A DNA stretch of 64,000 nucleotides from Lama glama (lineage: Eukaryota): assembly GCA_028534125.1 (NCBI GenBank), contig CM052840.1, positions 29,450,001 through 29,514,000 on the forward strand, read 5' to 3'. A model generated the notes under the pieces. It was given only the letters and a program-made list of their open reading frames with translations, did no database searches and had not been told where the DNA came from. Shown piece by piece: positions 1-13,030 of the stretch. The first letter of the stretch is position 1; every line of letters starts with the position of its first letter. The translations under genes were made by a program, and so were the position numbers.

Positions 1-3000
1 TTCCGCATCCAGGTTGGGTTTCCTGCTGAAACCGTGTCTCTGAATCAGTCATAAAGTTCCTAGCTTCTAAGCCCAAGCTGGCTGTAGCAGCTCTGCGAGT
101 TCTAAGTCCTCACCTCTCACCCTGGGGGTCCTGGGAGGGAGGACACAGAACACACAGGGCATTGGGGGCGGGGGGGGCTAACCTGGGCTCACATCCTGCC
201 TCTGTGTCAAGTAGCTGGGAGGCCCTCTGCCGTTTGTCCTCAGAGCCATGTATTTTCCAGGCCCTTGCTCCTGAGCCTTAGCGTGCCCTCCACCTGCCCC
301 CTTTGCCCCTGCCCACAGCCAGAACGCCCCTCTCCCCTCTGGGTCTCCTCGGGCCTGTCTCTGTCCTGCTGTCTCCCCGCCAGGTGACTTGTCCATCCGT
401 CCTTCCTGCGTGTGTCGATCATGTTCTCAAGAAGCATCTCCCCCGGGTGCTGGTCCCGCTCCAGACACCGCCCCAACTGCAGACGCAAAAATTAGACATG
501 TCATTTTGCATGCTGTCTACCTAAATTTGCATTTGATTGAAAGACACCAGCGTCCTCCCGCCCACATTTCTTCCTTCCCGACCTTCCCCTGTCCACCCCA
601 CTCCTCCCCACCCTCCCCCTCTGCCGGCTCAGGGCGGCCTCCAGGCGTCTTGTCATCTGGTTGGCCGGTTGGTCGGGGGCTGCCTGGGTGCTGACTGGTG
701 CAGCCGCAGCTCTGCAGTGCGGTCCCTGCTTCTTGCCTCTTTTCTGGGGCCAGCCTGGGCTCGTTGCGCGTCCAACTGTCAGTTCCCCGCCAGAAACCAG
801 AGACCTGTGCCAGGCCTCCGGGAGGCGGCAGTGAGGCACACTTCCATCTCCCTTCCCAGGAACATCCAGGTGCACCTGACCCTTGACAGGCCTCCTCTCC
901 TCCAGCCTGTCTCTGGAGGGGCAGGCGAGACTCGCAAGTGCGCAGGGGAGGGGTCAGCATCGCCTCTTCCTTCCCAGGTGCAGCCCTCTGGGGTGGTGCT
1001 CAGAACTCCTGGCTGCTTTTGTGCAGTGCGCTGGTGGAGTCTTTATTCAGAGGCCTGAATTGGCTCCGCCTCCTGCCAGCTCCCAGCCTGACAGCAGACC
1101 CTCTGTGGTTCTACCGTCTGCATTGCAAACACACTCATCTCTCAATCACCTGTGCCAGCGTAAACGTTTCAAAAAGCCGTTCTGCTGCCTCAGACTGCCC
1201 TCCCGGAGGTTTTGGGGAGAGCGTTTTCCTCTTCTGGTTTCTGATTGCTGTGACTGCGGCTGATACCTACTTCGGCGCCCTGATCTCATGTGTAAAGCAG
1301 GGAGTGGTCAGATGAAGGCCGCCCGTCCCCTGGGGATGGGGATCTGAGGCCGGAGGGAACAGCTGGCTGGAGCTGAGGCCGTGGGCGCCAGACCCCTCTG
1401 TCTTCTCAGATGGACCCCCTTTCTGACCTGTCCACTCCCAGCCCCAGCATCCTCGGTCAGTCCATGGACAAGCCTGGGGATCCCCGCACCCTCTTCCTTA
1501 TCCAGCCTCCCTCTTGCTTCCCGTCTGTTCAGGGAACGCAGACCGACACTCGCGGCACCTGAAGCAGAGAGAACAGGACGGGGAGTCTGTCCGACACCCA
1601 CTCCTATTTTGCCTCCCTCCTTACTCCCCAGATCCTATGTTGTCCCAGGCAGCTCTGGGTAGCAAACGCACGTCTGGAAGGAACGACAGATGGGCGGGGG
1701 CTGGAGCGCGAGAGTGGCAGAGCGGCTGTCCTTTCTGCTGGGCGGGGCGGGGAGAGCGGTACCAGCAAGCGGGGCTGAGGTTGGACTTGAAGAGCTCGCC
1801 TTGGTGACTGACGAGACCCAGGCGTGATGGGTGGACGAAGGAGTGACGCCCCTGGCCAGGCCCATCCCTCGGGCTCCCGACAGCCTCAGCTCTTGTCTGC
1901 CCGCGAAGAGAGAGCGAGTGGGGCAGGGGTGCTGGCTGTGCCGCCGCCGCCTCCTGGTCGGGCTGTCCTCCTCTGGCCGCCAGCTCCCTCCGGCTGAGTC
2001 TGGTGTATTGCTTGTCGGGATTTCTCTGAGCGGAATCTAAAAACAGGAGCGGAGAACCGAGATGAGGGCACGCAGCTCCCTCTCCGTGGACCAGGCTCCC
2101 AGGTGAGGGTGAGAGGCACCTCTGAGGTGTCCCCTTCCCTAACTCCGGAAAGCCACAGCATCTCAGCTAGCGCTCCAGGGGGCCTCAGAGGTGGAGACCC
2201 TTTGTTGTGAGGGGGAGGAAGCTGAGGCCCTGAGAGAAGTAGGAGCTTGCCAAGGGTCACCTGGAGCCCCCGGCTCCTGGTCCAGCACTCTCCCCTTCCT
2301 TAAGGTTTAAAGCCAGGACATCTGGCAGGTCCCTGAAACGAAAGAGTGGGATGCCCTGTTCTGCCCCTCGAGACTCTTCGCAGAGTCGGGGAGGGCAGCC
2401 CTCGGGACACAGAGCCCTCGGGGACCAGCCCTGTCTAACAGATGATGAACTGAGGGGCCCCAGTTCACACCAGGGCACCAGCCAGATAGCGGCCAGTGAG
2501 GACCCAGGTCCACGGCTCCCGACTCCACTCCTGCCCCTGCCCTTGCTGAGTTTAGCAGGTCGGCCCGGGATGGAGGAGGAGTGACCGGAGGGGCCGTGGC
2601 ATCTCGGGAGGGCTGCTGCTGGCCCGACCATGTCTGCTGAGGCCGTGGGGTCAAGGAGCCAGCACACCCCTCCCGTGTGGCTTTCAGCCTCACGTAGAAG
2701 CTTTCGTAAGTGGTCCTGGTTCTCCCTGCCTGCGGCGGCTCGGCTGGTCCCTCAGTGAAGCCTGGGCCCGGTTGGAGCTGGCCCTCTGCGGCTGCAGGGG
2801 GAGGCTGGCGGAGGGAACCTCTCCAGCAAGTGTCCCCTGTGGAGGGAATGAGGACAGAGGCCTGGCTGGCGTTTGAAGGCCACTCCGACTGGCCAGAAGC
2901 CCCTCAAGTCCATGGCCTGCTGGTCCCGGCAGGAGGTACACAGAGCCCAGGGGCCCACACCGTCCCTCTGAGTGTTCCCTGGATCTAGAAGACCGCCTCA

Positions 3001-3858
3001 GTGTCCCACCTCTGGGCAAGAGGCCGGTGACAGCAGGAGGGTAAGGTCACCACTGCAGAGAGAAGCAGACGGGGTGGGACTTCAGCCCCAGAGTGGGAGG
3101 CACTCACCCTCCTGCCCCCACCCCCCAGCACCCCTGCCCTGCTGCCTTCAGCTGGCTCTCTGCTCTGGTGGACAGGAGCGGTCCTTCCTCTGCTTTGGTG
3201 GAGTGATGGATTAGGAAGAAATGTGCTGTCTACTCAGGGGCACTTGTGCAGCCTCGGCGTGGAGCACGGTGTGCCCTGGGCAGTGGCTGTCCGTCTGCTG
3301 CCAGGCCCCACCTTCCTTCGGGGGTCTCTCTGCCTTGTCCCAGCCCCTCCCCGCAGCCTCAGCACTGCTGCCCCAGGAGTCACCTTCTGGGGCTGAGGTT
3401 CCTGGGCCGGGAGGTGAAGAGGGGGCTGCCTTGGTGGCCCCTGGTCCCAGGCTCAGCCGCCTGCCTCTGTCTGCTCCTCCCCTGCTACCACCCCCTACCG
3501 CCGCCTGGGCCCCGCCCCCATCACACTCCTCATTCAGTCCCAGTTGGAGCTGTTTGGGTGACCCCCAGCAGCCTGGGCTGGGAGCAGGCAGTGCAGGTGG
3601 TGGGAGTTGTAGGGCAGTGAACGGAACCCTGCAGGCCCCAGGGAGGGACTCTGAGGAAGGGACCGAGGATTCTCATTTTACCTAGATACAAAAGTTTCTT
3701 AGGGGCAGAGCACATACATCTGAAAATGAAATCTAGTTCTTTAGTGATAATGCTTTTTTAAAAGGTAAGCTCCTCTCAGTTGGACTTAGGACATGTGAGA
3801 TTCGTACAGACTGAGCTCGGGAGAGGGAGGGGGCAGTCAGTGTCCTGAGCAGGCAGAT

Positions 3859-3912
3859 ATGGTCATGACCATGGTGGTGATGGTGATGGTAGAGATGGTG
3901 AGGATGAGGTGA
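3859..3912 (+). repeat. Degenerate (GAT/GGT)n simple repeat running into the gap
   Basis: atggtcatgaccatggtggtgatggtgatggtagagatggtgaggatgaggtga. Confidence 0.8.
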
Positions 3913-4210
3913 NNNNNNNNNNNNNNNNNNNNNNNNNNNNNNNNNNNNNNNNNNNNNNNNNNNNNNNNNNNNNNNNNNNNNNNNNNNNNNNNNNNNNNNN
4001 NNNNNNNNNNNNNNNNNNNNNNNNNNNNNNNNNNNNNNNNNNNNNNNNNNNNNNNNNNNNNNNNNNNNNNNNNNNNNNNNNNNNNNNNNNNNNNNNNNNN
4101 NNNNNNNNNNNNNNNNNNNNNNNNNNNNNNNNNNNNNNNNNNNNNNNNNNNNNNNNNNNNNNNNNNNNNNNNNNNNNNNNNNNNNNNNNNNNNNNNNNNN
4201 NNNNNNNNNN
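3913..4210. other. Assembly gap (298 N)
   Basis: Run of N. Confidence 1.
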
Positions 4211-4639
4211 TAGAGCAGGCATCCCGTCTGCAGTAAACCAGGACACCTGTGATGCTGGTGGTTTCTGCCCCAAAAACGCCCACTTACAGGAGCTGAAGGT
4301 GACCACCAAAGAGCCTACTTTCTTCACGTCCTTGGGCACAGTCATTACTGAGCCCAGGACCACACTGGATGCTGTGGGAAGAGCAGGAGTGAGTGAGTGG
4401 TTCCTGCCCTCAGGGGTTCTGCGTCCCTCAGGCTGTGACCAGGCACTCACTCCCAGTGCCCCATCTCCCTCTGCGATATTTCCTCCCTGTGCCGCCTTCC
4501 TGTGCACTGCACTGAGGAGCCCCAGATATGCCCAGGTGGACCCTCTTCAGGGCCGAGCCCCCCGGCCTGCCTCCTCCCGCACCCCGCCTGCCTCTGTCTC
4601 CGTGGGGTCATGGTGTAGGTCAGCCTGGGCTACAAGGGA

Positions 4640-4745
4640 GGACCGAGGGCTCCGGGGCCACCTGTTATTCTGTGAACTTGAGCACATCGTGTGAGCCTCT
4701 GGGGCCTCAGTTTTCTCATCTCCTCTGGAGAGAGGGCAGTATCTC
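4640..4745 (+). mobile_element. MIR SINE fragment
   Basis: MIR core-like tgtgaacttgagca...gagcctctggggcctcagttttctcatct. Confidence 0.6.
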
Positions 4746-5179
4746 CCCACCGTCTCCAGCTCAGAGCACTGTGGGGAGAACCGGAGGAGGCACGTGCCTG
4801 GAGGGAGCAGGCCCGGAGGAGGCTCTGGGTAGGAGTTGGGGTCCCTCGCTGAGCACCCAGCTGTCGGGTCAGCAGGCCTGCCCCCGAGGGGCCCTTGTCC
4901 GCAAGTTCCTTGGGAGCCATGCAGCTGCTCACAGCGTGGATGCTGGACTTTACCTCTGGCAGTCACATCAGGCTGTCTCGAGGGGAAACACTTCACCAGG
5001 AGGCTTTTCCGGCCCTTCACGAGGAACAGGCTCCGTTTAGGGCAGACTGCATGAGGGACGGGCACTGCCCAGCGCCTGGACCCCCTACCTCCTGCCCGCC
5101 TTCCCTCCCTCGTGTGCTCTCCAGACAGGACCGAGGGCTCAGGCGCGCAGAGGTGGTCACGAACTGACACACCCTCAAG

Positions 5180-5408
5180 CAGTGGCTTCAGAGTTGTCTT
5201 TTTGTACCTTGACCCCCAGTAGGAAATACGTCTTCCAGCAAATCCAGTGTGGACGAGCGGAGTCAAAGGTTTTTTGAAATGATACTGCGTACAGTGTACT
5301 TGATTTTCTGTTTGTTGAATGTCTGTGTTTTTAAATTGCTGGTTGCAGCCCACCGCACCGATTTCAGGACCTGCAGATGTGTTGCAGCCCACAGTCTGAA
5401 AAGCCCTG
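5180..5408. mobile_element. hAT-Charlie-type DNA transposon relic
   Basis: CAGTGG...CCCTG termini, AT-rich interior, and a 3' end gttgcagcccacagtctgaaaagccctg resembling Charlie/MER ends. Confidence 0.5.
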
Positions 5409-8400
5409 TCCGGACGGGGCTGTCTTCCCAGGGGACTGGGTGTCGGACAGTTCCCCCTAACTGTGGGGCGGAGCGTTTCTCTAGTGCCGGGCGCTGCTCC
5501 AAACGCTTTGCTGTGATAGTCCCCTCGCACCCACTCTCTGAGGTAGGTCTCAGGATGTCGTCACCGTGCCCTTGTCACAGGCTGGGGAATTTGAGTCACT
5601 TGTCCAAGGTGGCGTTGCTAGTAAATGACACATGCTCAGTGATTGGGCCGTGTGGCCGCAGGGTCGCCTTGGAAACAGGGCGGTCCTTTGGGGCCTGCAG
5701 CTGGAGCCCCTGCTGTCAGAGCCAGGCTTGGGTGCTTCCAGAAGGCAGGCCTGGGGTGCGTGTTGCAGGGAGCCCACAGCCCGGAAGCCTGCCCGCCAGG
5801 GGCACCTGGCGCCGGGGGGCGCCAGGGGAGAGGGGCATGCTGGGCCCCATGCAGAGCTCTGCCTGTGGGTCATGCTGTCGACGGGCAGCAGGACCTTCCT
5901 GAGTGGAGAGAAAAGCCTGACTCTCATCTTTTAAAATAATACAGCTGGTAATTTTAAACATAACACTTTCTGCAGGCTAAAAACAAAGTGAGCTTAACCA
6001 AACATTTTCACTGTTTTTTTAACGAATGCATTGTTCTAGGCTCTGTGAGAACGCAGCAGAAGCCTTAAAGATTTATTTCAGAGCGCAGTAAGGGTGCGTC
6101 CCGTTGGGTTGGGTGGGTCGCTTCTGAGACCTGAGCCCAGGGCTTCCGGCGTGTGGGCGGGGCGCAGATGGGCCTGGGGGGCAGGGGGAGCAGCGCTAGC
6201 GAGGGACGGGAGTTGGGGGGGAGCAGCCGTGGGAGGCTGGCGCTTCTCAGATCTCCGTTCTTCTGCTTCTCTTGGCAGCATAGCTAGCTGTCAGGCGGAA
6301 CCGGAGAGAGGGCGCGAGGGAGGCTGAGAAACAGGGAAGCATCCATTCCCCAGGCTGGACCTCAGCCCCTGGGGAAGTGTGAGTGACCTCACAGCCCCTC
6401 CTCCTTTCACAACGGGGGGGGGCGTCCAACACCCTCAGCCCCTCCCAACCCCCCTCCTCAGCTGAGCTCCATGTGGAGCTAAAAGCAAGGAAACAGGCTG
6501 TGGCCTCAGAGAGCCTCCAGTCTCGTGGGAGAGAAGGTCCCGGAGTGAAGACCCCGTTGTCCAGGGTGTGGATGGTCGGAGTGACGCGCAGGGCACACAG
6601 GGAGGCTCCCAGCAGCTGAGGACCAGCCCCGCCTTGCCAGGGACCGCGGGCCGGGCTGCATTTGCGGTGCAGAGTCTGTGAATGCCGAGAGGAGGCCGAG
6701 GAGTCGGGCCTTAGAAGCCGGCGGACCTGGAGAGAATTCTTACAAGGGGGAAGGGAGGGCCCGGGAGAGGCAACTGCGGAGAAGGTGCGTTTTCTGAAGG
6801 GGGCTGGTCAGCTCTGGGAGGGAGGCCTGGGGGACGCAGAGGCCAGGCCGCCTTCTCTGGTCCTGCTGGGGACCCGGTGCCCCCGGCCAGCCTTCCATGC
6901 TTCGTCCTCCCTTTGCTGAGTTTCCTGTGAGCCTTGCTTGACAGATAAGGCGTGAGGGCCCTTCTCGCTGGACAGGGAGCCGAGTTCAGTCACCATGGTG
7001 ACCCTCTGGCTGATGGGGGCTTGGGTTGCTATGGAGACTCGTCTAAAACCTAAAGTGTTTGGGGGAGGGTCCCAGCAGCCAGGAGGGTGGCTGGGACCGT
7101 GGGCGGCGGTGCCACCCTGCCTGTGGTCCTGTTCTGTCCCCTCCTTGGGGTCCTCCTTCGGTGCGGGGCTTCTCTGGGACCCAGACAGGCTCTGGGAAGC
7201 AGCCATGGGTGGTGTCAAGAGGGGTGCAAGGGTCCTTGTGGCAGAATGTTGCTTCCGTCTCCCTGGGCAGCGCCTCACAGCCTCTTTTGGTGCCAGGTCT
7301 GCCTCTGGAGAGAACCATGGAAGCAGCCGGGCCACGTCCCTCTGTGCCCGTCCCCACCCTGGTTCCCTGCCCTGCCCGCCTGCACCTGCAGCCTCCCTGC
7401 TAACGGGCCCTTCCAGTCCCCAGGCGGGGTGGCCTGGGTGCCCTCTGTCCCAGCGGAGAGATGCACGTCCGGTTTGCCAGGCAGCTGGAGAGCCGCGGGA
7501 GCCCGCTCGGAGGGGCCCGGCAAACTGCTGCTGTTGGAGCCCCTCAGCAGGGCTCCCAGCCTCTCCTCGCAGGGACCTGCCTGTGTGAGGCTGTCTCCTT
7601 CCCTTCACCCCCTTCCCTGCTGGCTTTTCTCAAAGGGAGAGAGGTTTAAGACAAAGCGGTGGGACATGAGGTGCATCCCGGAACCCAGGGATCCCCACCC
7701 ACCCGATGCCCAAGTTCGTTCCTCATGTCACATGACCCACCGCAAGCCCCATGCCCAGCCTCGTGGGCTCCAGTTCCACAGGGGATAATGGGGTTCGCCT
7801 GCCTGGAACCCTTTTCTGAGGCTGGATGGCAGGAGAGGGGCCTCAAGAGGAGAGAAGCAAGAATAGATCTTGGCCCATAAGTTGTCCTTCGTGATGTGAA
7901 GAATTTATTCCCAAGTCACCAGCTTGGGCTTCAGGGCCCCCTGGCACCAGAGGGAGCTGACGGCAGCCCCCTCTTGAGGCTGGAGCAGGCAGGCGGGAGA
8001 GTGTGGGAGGGCCGGGAGGTCGGAGGCCGCACCCTGCAGACCGCCATGTCCCTCGCTCTGCTACCTGAGAGCAAGGTAGTCTGAGGGGGTCTGGCCCCCT
8101 CCCGAGCGCTGCTTGTCCTGCAGAGGGGCTGAGCTCGCCCCTCCCCAAGATGGACGTGCAGCTGCCCACACCAGCGGGGCTCCACGCCCCCTCTGCTCAG
8201 TCCTCACGCTGGACCCTCGAGGGGAGGAGCAATCAGGGAGCCCCAGGAGGTCAAGCGGGGGAGGCCGCAGTGGAGGAAGTGGTCAAGGCCAGGATCCGCG
8301 CAGGCTGACCAGGGAGCACCATCTCGGGGCCCCCAGCCCAGGCCTTGGCCCTGGTGCACCTCTGCCCTCCCCTCCTGGCGCGGTCGCTGTACCGGAATCA

Positions 8401-8627
8401 TTAGGCGGGCGACAGTCTCACTGCGCACTGTGTTTCTGACGTGCCACGCTGTCTGAACTTCGGAGTCTGTGACAGATGCGAACGTCAGCCCACGGACTCA
8501 GGCATCCGGGGAACACCCCTCTCTGTCTCCCTCTCTCGTTCTCTTTTTTTGCAGGTACTTAAGAAATATTTATTGACTGAATAAGTGTGGTTGGAGAAGA
8601 CTTCCTGCTCCTTTCTCCCTATTCTCC

Positions 8628-8862
8628 TTTTTAAAGAATCTATCTTTCTTGAAGTATGGTTGATTTACAGGGCTGTGTTTCTGGTGTGCAGCAAATGACT
8701 CGGTGGTGCACAGACACTCTTTCTTGGATTCTTCTGCATTACGGGCTGTTCCAAGGTGCTGAGTGGTGTTCCCTGGGCTGCACAGCAGGGCCTTGCTGTT
8801 TGTGTCTTTTATGTACAGTGGTGTGTAGCTGCTGATCCCAACTCCCAGTTTATCCCTCCCCC
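8628..8862 (-). mobile_element. LINE-1 3' end fragment (artiodactyl-type)
   Basis: ttgaagtatggttgatttacag...ttccctgggctgcacagcagggccttg...tttatccctcccc follows the reverse-complement L1 3' UTR pattern. Confidence 0.8.
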
Positions 8863-10759
8863 AGAAACATCCCCTTCTTGAGTGGCTTTAAATCTACTTA
8901 GTTTAGTTCTGACCCCCACCCACCAGAGTAGGGGGCACTGCATGTCAGGAGGGCTGGGTCCTCTGCCCACCCCCCAGGTGTGCCCCTGACACAGGCTCAG
9001 GTGAGGCCGGGGTGCAGGCGAGGGTGCTCCCTCTGGTCCCCGAAGGTCCCCCGTGGCCTTGAGGGGCTGCCCCTGTGGGCCTCTCTGCCAGGGTGGGGGA
9101 GCCTATGCCCGCCCCACTTCATTCCTAGTTCTGGAGAGCCTGCCCCTTCTCTGCTTCTCAAAGAGGGTCTCTTCTCTTCCTGGAAAATCACCGGGTCCTC
9201 TGACTGACTCTGTTCTTGAAGTTGGGAGCTTTGTAACAGGGTGACCTGCTCGACGTGGAGTTAGAGCGAGAGACAAGTCAGTTAGGCCTCAGAACTGTGT
9301 CCTGCCACACATGGTCTCGCTAGGGAGGCGGGCAGGACGGGCACCCCTGTCAGACAGTGAGGGAGCCGTGGCGTGACCCCACGCGCCAGCGAGTTTGCGG
9401 CGACCCCAGGACACGAGTCCGGGCCCCTCTCCTCGCAGGCTGGGCTGCTGCCGCCCCGGCCTCTGCGCTCTCCACCGAGGCCTCTGTGTCCGGGTCTGCC
9501 TGTGTTCGGCATGCTGTGCACGATGTGGTTGGTCCTGGCTTCACTGGGACCCTTCGAGGGGTGGTGGCTCTGCCCCATCTCACAGATGGGGAAGTTGAGT
9601 TACTGTTGCGGGTGGGAATCGCTCACTGGTGTGGCCAGAGCTGGAACCCTGGGCGCTTAACTCTTCTGCTTGGTGGGTGTCCCGGTGGCGTGGGGGGACC
9701 TGCGAGAAGGGACTGCCTCTATCAGCAGTTCTGTCTTGCTTTCTGACTTCACCCAGCCTCTGGCAGAAGAGGCTGCTTTCCCGTCCAGGCCCCGTTCATC
9801 CCTGTGCGTTCACGGCTCCTGCTGCCCACTCAGCACCACAGGCTCAGACTCAAGGACACACCCCTCCCAAGTCAGACCCAGCAGCGTCCAACGGAGGACC
9901 CTGCTGGGCGTGGGGGGTGGCTGGCAGCCCCTCCTCTCCATCTGCTTGGGCACAGGATGCTGGGGGAACGAGCTGGGGGTGGGGAGGCTGCCGTGGAGAC
10001 CGGATCGGGAGCCCAGAAGGGAGGAGGCAGGCCGGTCTGGGATGCCCCCATCCGCAGCGGAGCCTGTGGGCAGAACGAGGCCCGGCTGAGTGGAGGGCAG
10101 CCAGCTGATCCCCTCAGCACCTTTTCCTTCACAAAGCCTGGGGGGGTCCCATTCACAGCTCCCCCCGGAGGGCCCACAGGTGCTGGGAGAGCGAGAGACC
10201 AAGTCCTCTGATGGCCAGTGTGCGTCTGGGGGAGGGAGGCAGCCTCCACCCCTGGAAGGGAAAGAAAACCCCATCCCTGGGCCCCCCCAGCCCCCCAACA
10301 GGGAGCAGCTGGTGTGCAGCCCTCCCCCCTCAGCCCCTCCAGGCAGAAGAGCTATCGACGCCTTCCAGGCGCTGACCACGCGCCAGACACCGTTCTGAGC
10401 GCCTTGCATGTGGTAGCCCCCCCAGATAAGCCTACAAACTGGGCTCCTGCTCCCCGTCCGCCAGCGAGGAGGCCGGGCTGAGAGGCTGCGACCGGCCTGG
10501 GGTCGCCCGGCTGGCCGGCGGCGGAAGGGGTTTTGAACGGGTCTAGTGCAGACGGAGCTGGCGCAGGCTCTGCGTGGTGGGGTGGGTGGCAGTTTACGGA
10601 AAGGACATGGGCTTCTGCGCGGGGGGAGGCTGCCCTTTCTCCCGTCTGTGCGTGTGTCTCCGCCGCACGCACTCGTGGTGTTTTCTGTGCTAGGACGTGA
10701 GCTCCAGTTCAGCCTGCTGCTCGCGTTGCCTGTGCTGTGTGCTGCCCTTTGCGCAGCGG

Positions 10760-11220
10760 CCTTGGGAGGTGCCACTCTGCTCTTGGTCCCTGGGGACAGA
10801 GGAGGGAGGAGGGTGGGGGCCTGTCCCGGCTGGACCACCCCACTCATCCTCATCCTCCCTCTCGCCCTGACCCCACCCTTGGTTCCATCACTGACGCTCA
10901 CGAGTCTTATTGCTATTACCTGTGAGATGGCCCCGCCCCGCCCCCTCCTTGTCTTAATTCTCGCCTTCACTCAGTCGTGGAAGTGTCCTGTCTCCCCCTC
11001 CCCGGTCCAGCTCCAAACACTGCTCTGGGGATGCCTTCCCGATGCACAGCTGAGACCCTGCTGCTCCCCAGTGCAGGGGACCCTCAGAGACTCCCACGGA
11101 GTAATGCCCTGATTTTTCATCCTGACACGCAGGCCTCCACAGTCACACCCTCCTGCCCTCCCGGTCCCCTCCTCTTTCCTGCCCGTCTACCAGCAACTCC
11201 CTGAAGAAGCTCCTTGAGAC
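10760..11220 (+). mobile_element. Degenerate L2 LINE fragment
   Basis: Pyrimidine-rich stretch following the order of L2 3' region motifs (ctcatcctc...tccatcac...cttcccgatgcacagctga...). Confidence 0.4.
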
Positions 11221-11859
11221 TTGTTAATTGGCTCTGCTTAAAAATACAGGACCCTGTGGTCAAATGAATGTAGGAAACTCTGGGTCGAACAAGGCTAAGC
11301 AGGTTTCTTTATTGCAGGACTTCTCAGAGCCTGTGCGTGCTCAGCAGCCTCGGGACTCCCCAGGATGCAGAATCCCCACAGCGTGTGCGCCCTGTGTGCG
11401 CTGGGCACGCTGCGCGGCCGGCGGTCCCCGGAGGGGGCACTGCCCGTCGTGGTCACGCCGGGGTTGTTCCCGGAGTCTGCTCCGACTTTCTGGTCTCTGT
11501 GTCTTAGCTTAAGCCATAGCCCAGACGCCAAGTCCCCAGCCCGAAATCACCCGCTTCTTCCCTCTTCACCTACAAAAACCTTACCCATCCTTTAAAAACA
11601 TTTTTCTGGATTGCCCCCTCCCCTGCCCACAACCCTCTCCTGGGGTCTTTGGGCCCTCGTGGCGTTCTCCTGACAGCCCCCAAGGGTTGAGGCGTTCTTT
11701 TCACTCTCCGTGCCCCATCTGGCAGTGACCCCACCCCCAGTCAGACTCTCAGCCCCTCCCCGGCAGGCCTGGCCCCGTTACTTTCTTATCAGAGTCTCCT
11801 GCACGACACATCACCCTGGCTGTGCCCAGAATCACCTGTGCAGCCTTTGTCTTTCCATG

Positions 11860-13030
11860 AACTTTGAATTTTCAGAATGGTTTCAGATTTATCCCCAAAT
11901 AGCAAGGACGTTAGAGTTGTCAGGCACCGCGCGTCCCCCGTTGCTGACGTGTTCCGTTACTCTGGTTCACTTGGCACAGTTAACGAGCCGGTCCCCATTG
12001 GTTATTACGAACCACGTCCACACTTTATTCAGGTTCCCTTGGTTTTTAGCTGATGTCCTTTCTCTGTCCCAGAATCCCCACCAGGGACCACACGACATTT
12101 AGTCACCACATCTCTTTAGGCTCCTCTGGGCTGCGGCCGTTTCTCGACTTCCCTTGTTTTCGGCGAGCCTGACGGTTTCGAGGACTGGTCAGCGGTTTTG
12201 CAGACTGCCCTGCAACGTGGGTTTGTCCGTGCTTCTCTCGTGGTTAGACAGAGGCTTTGGGGGCTGGGGGAGGAGGACGGCAGAGGCGAAGTGTCACCCT
12301 CAGGACATCAGGTGAAGGGTGTCCACCTTCCGACGTGACTTACTGTTGCAGGTGACCTTGACCATCTGGCTGCCGTTGTGTTTGTCAGGTGTCCCCACTG
12401 CAAACCCACTCCCCCCCCAGTGTACTTACTCCTTACTGAGAAGGAGGTCACGCGGGCAGCCACACTCAAGGAGTGGGGGGATTTCCACTCCCTCAGTGGA
12501 GCGTGTCCGGTGCACCTTCTGCAGGGGGAGCGGTGCGTTCTCCTCTGCTTGTTCCGTCAGGTCGGTGTGTACCCCTGGGTATTCGCTTCAGCCTTTGGGT
12601 TACACTCCAATACCGTGTCTCTGCTCTTGCTCAAACTGTTTCGGCACGGGCTGCCGCGAGACCACTTTGTTGTTACCTACGTCCCTTTGACCCACCCTGA
12701 TTTCTTAAAAATCTCCTTGCCTTTGGGCCCCAAGATGCCCCAGACTCTTCTCGCATACTCTCTGCTCCAGTCCAGGAATGAGCTCTGTTCCCGTGTGTGG
12801 AGGACGGGGTTAGAAACCCAGGTCTGGGTGCTGGCGTGCCCAGCGGCGCCGGGTCTCACTGCTCCTGGAGCCTCTCGGGGGGCGGAGCCAGGACGCGTGT
12901 GTGCGCGCTAACCTGTGTGTGCACACACACCTGTCATAGCATTTAATAGAATCAAAAGAATAAACATTAGTTGACACCAACATCCCCAACTCCAATCTAG
13001 TGCCACACGGTTCATTCTAAACTTTCTTCT
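11860..13030 (-). mobile_element. Old LINE-1 (L1MC/L1MD-like) 3' region
   Basis: Recognisable motifs gtccacactttattcaggttccc, catttagtcaccacatctctttaggctcctctggg, gaccttgaccatctggctg...gtttgtcagg, cccaggtctgggtgctgg. Confidence 0.75.

Noticed and set aside
3837-4694. ORFs spanning runs of X
   Set aside because: Artefacts of the assembly gap; the same applies at 16138-16616.
10546-11112. 188-aa ORF with hydrophobic, transmembrane-looking stretches
   Set aside because: Non-ATG start, overlaps a pyrimidine-rich degenerate L2-like relic that biases toward Leu/Pro, and has no splice or family support.
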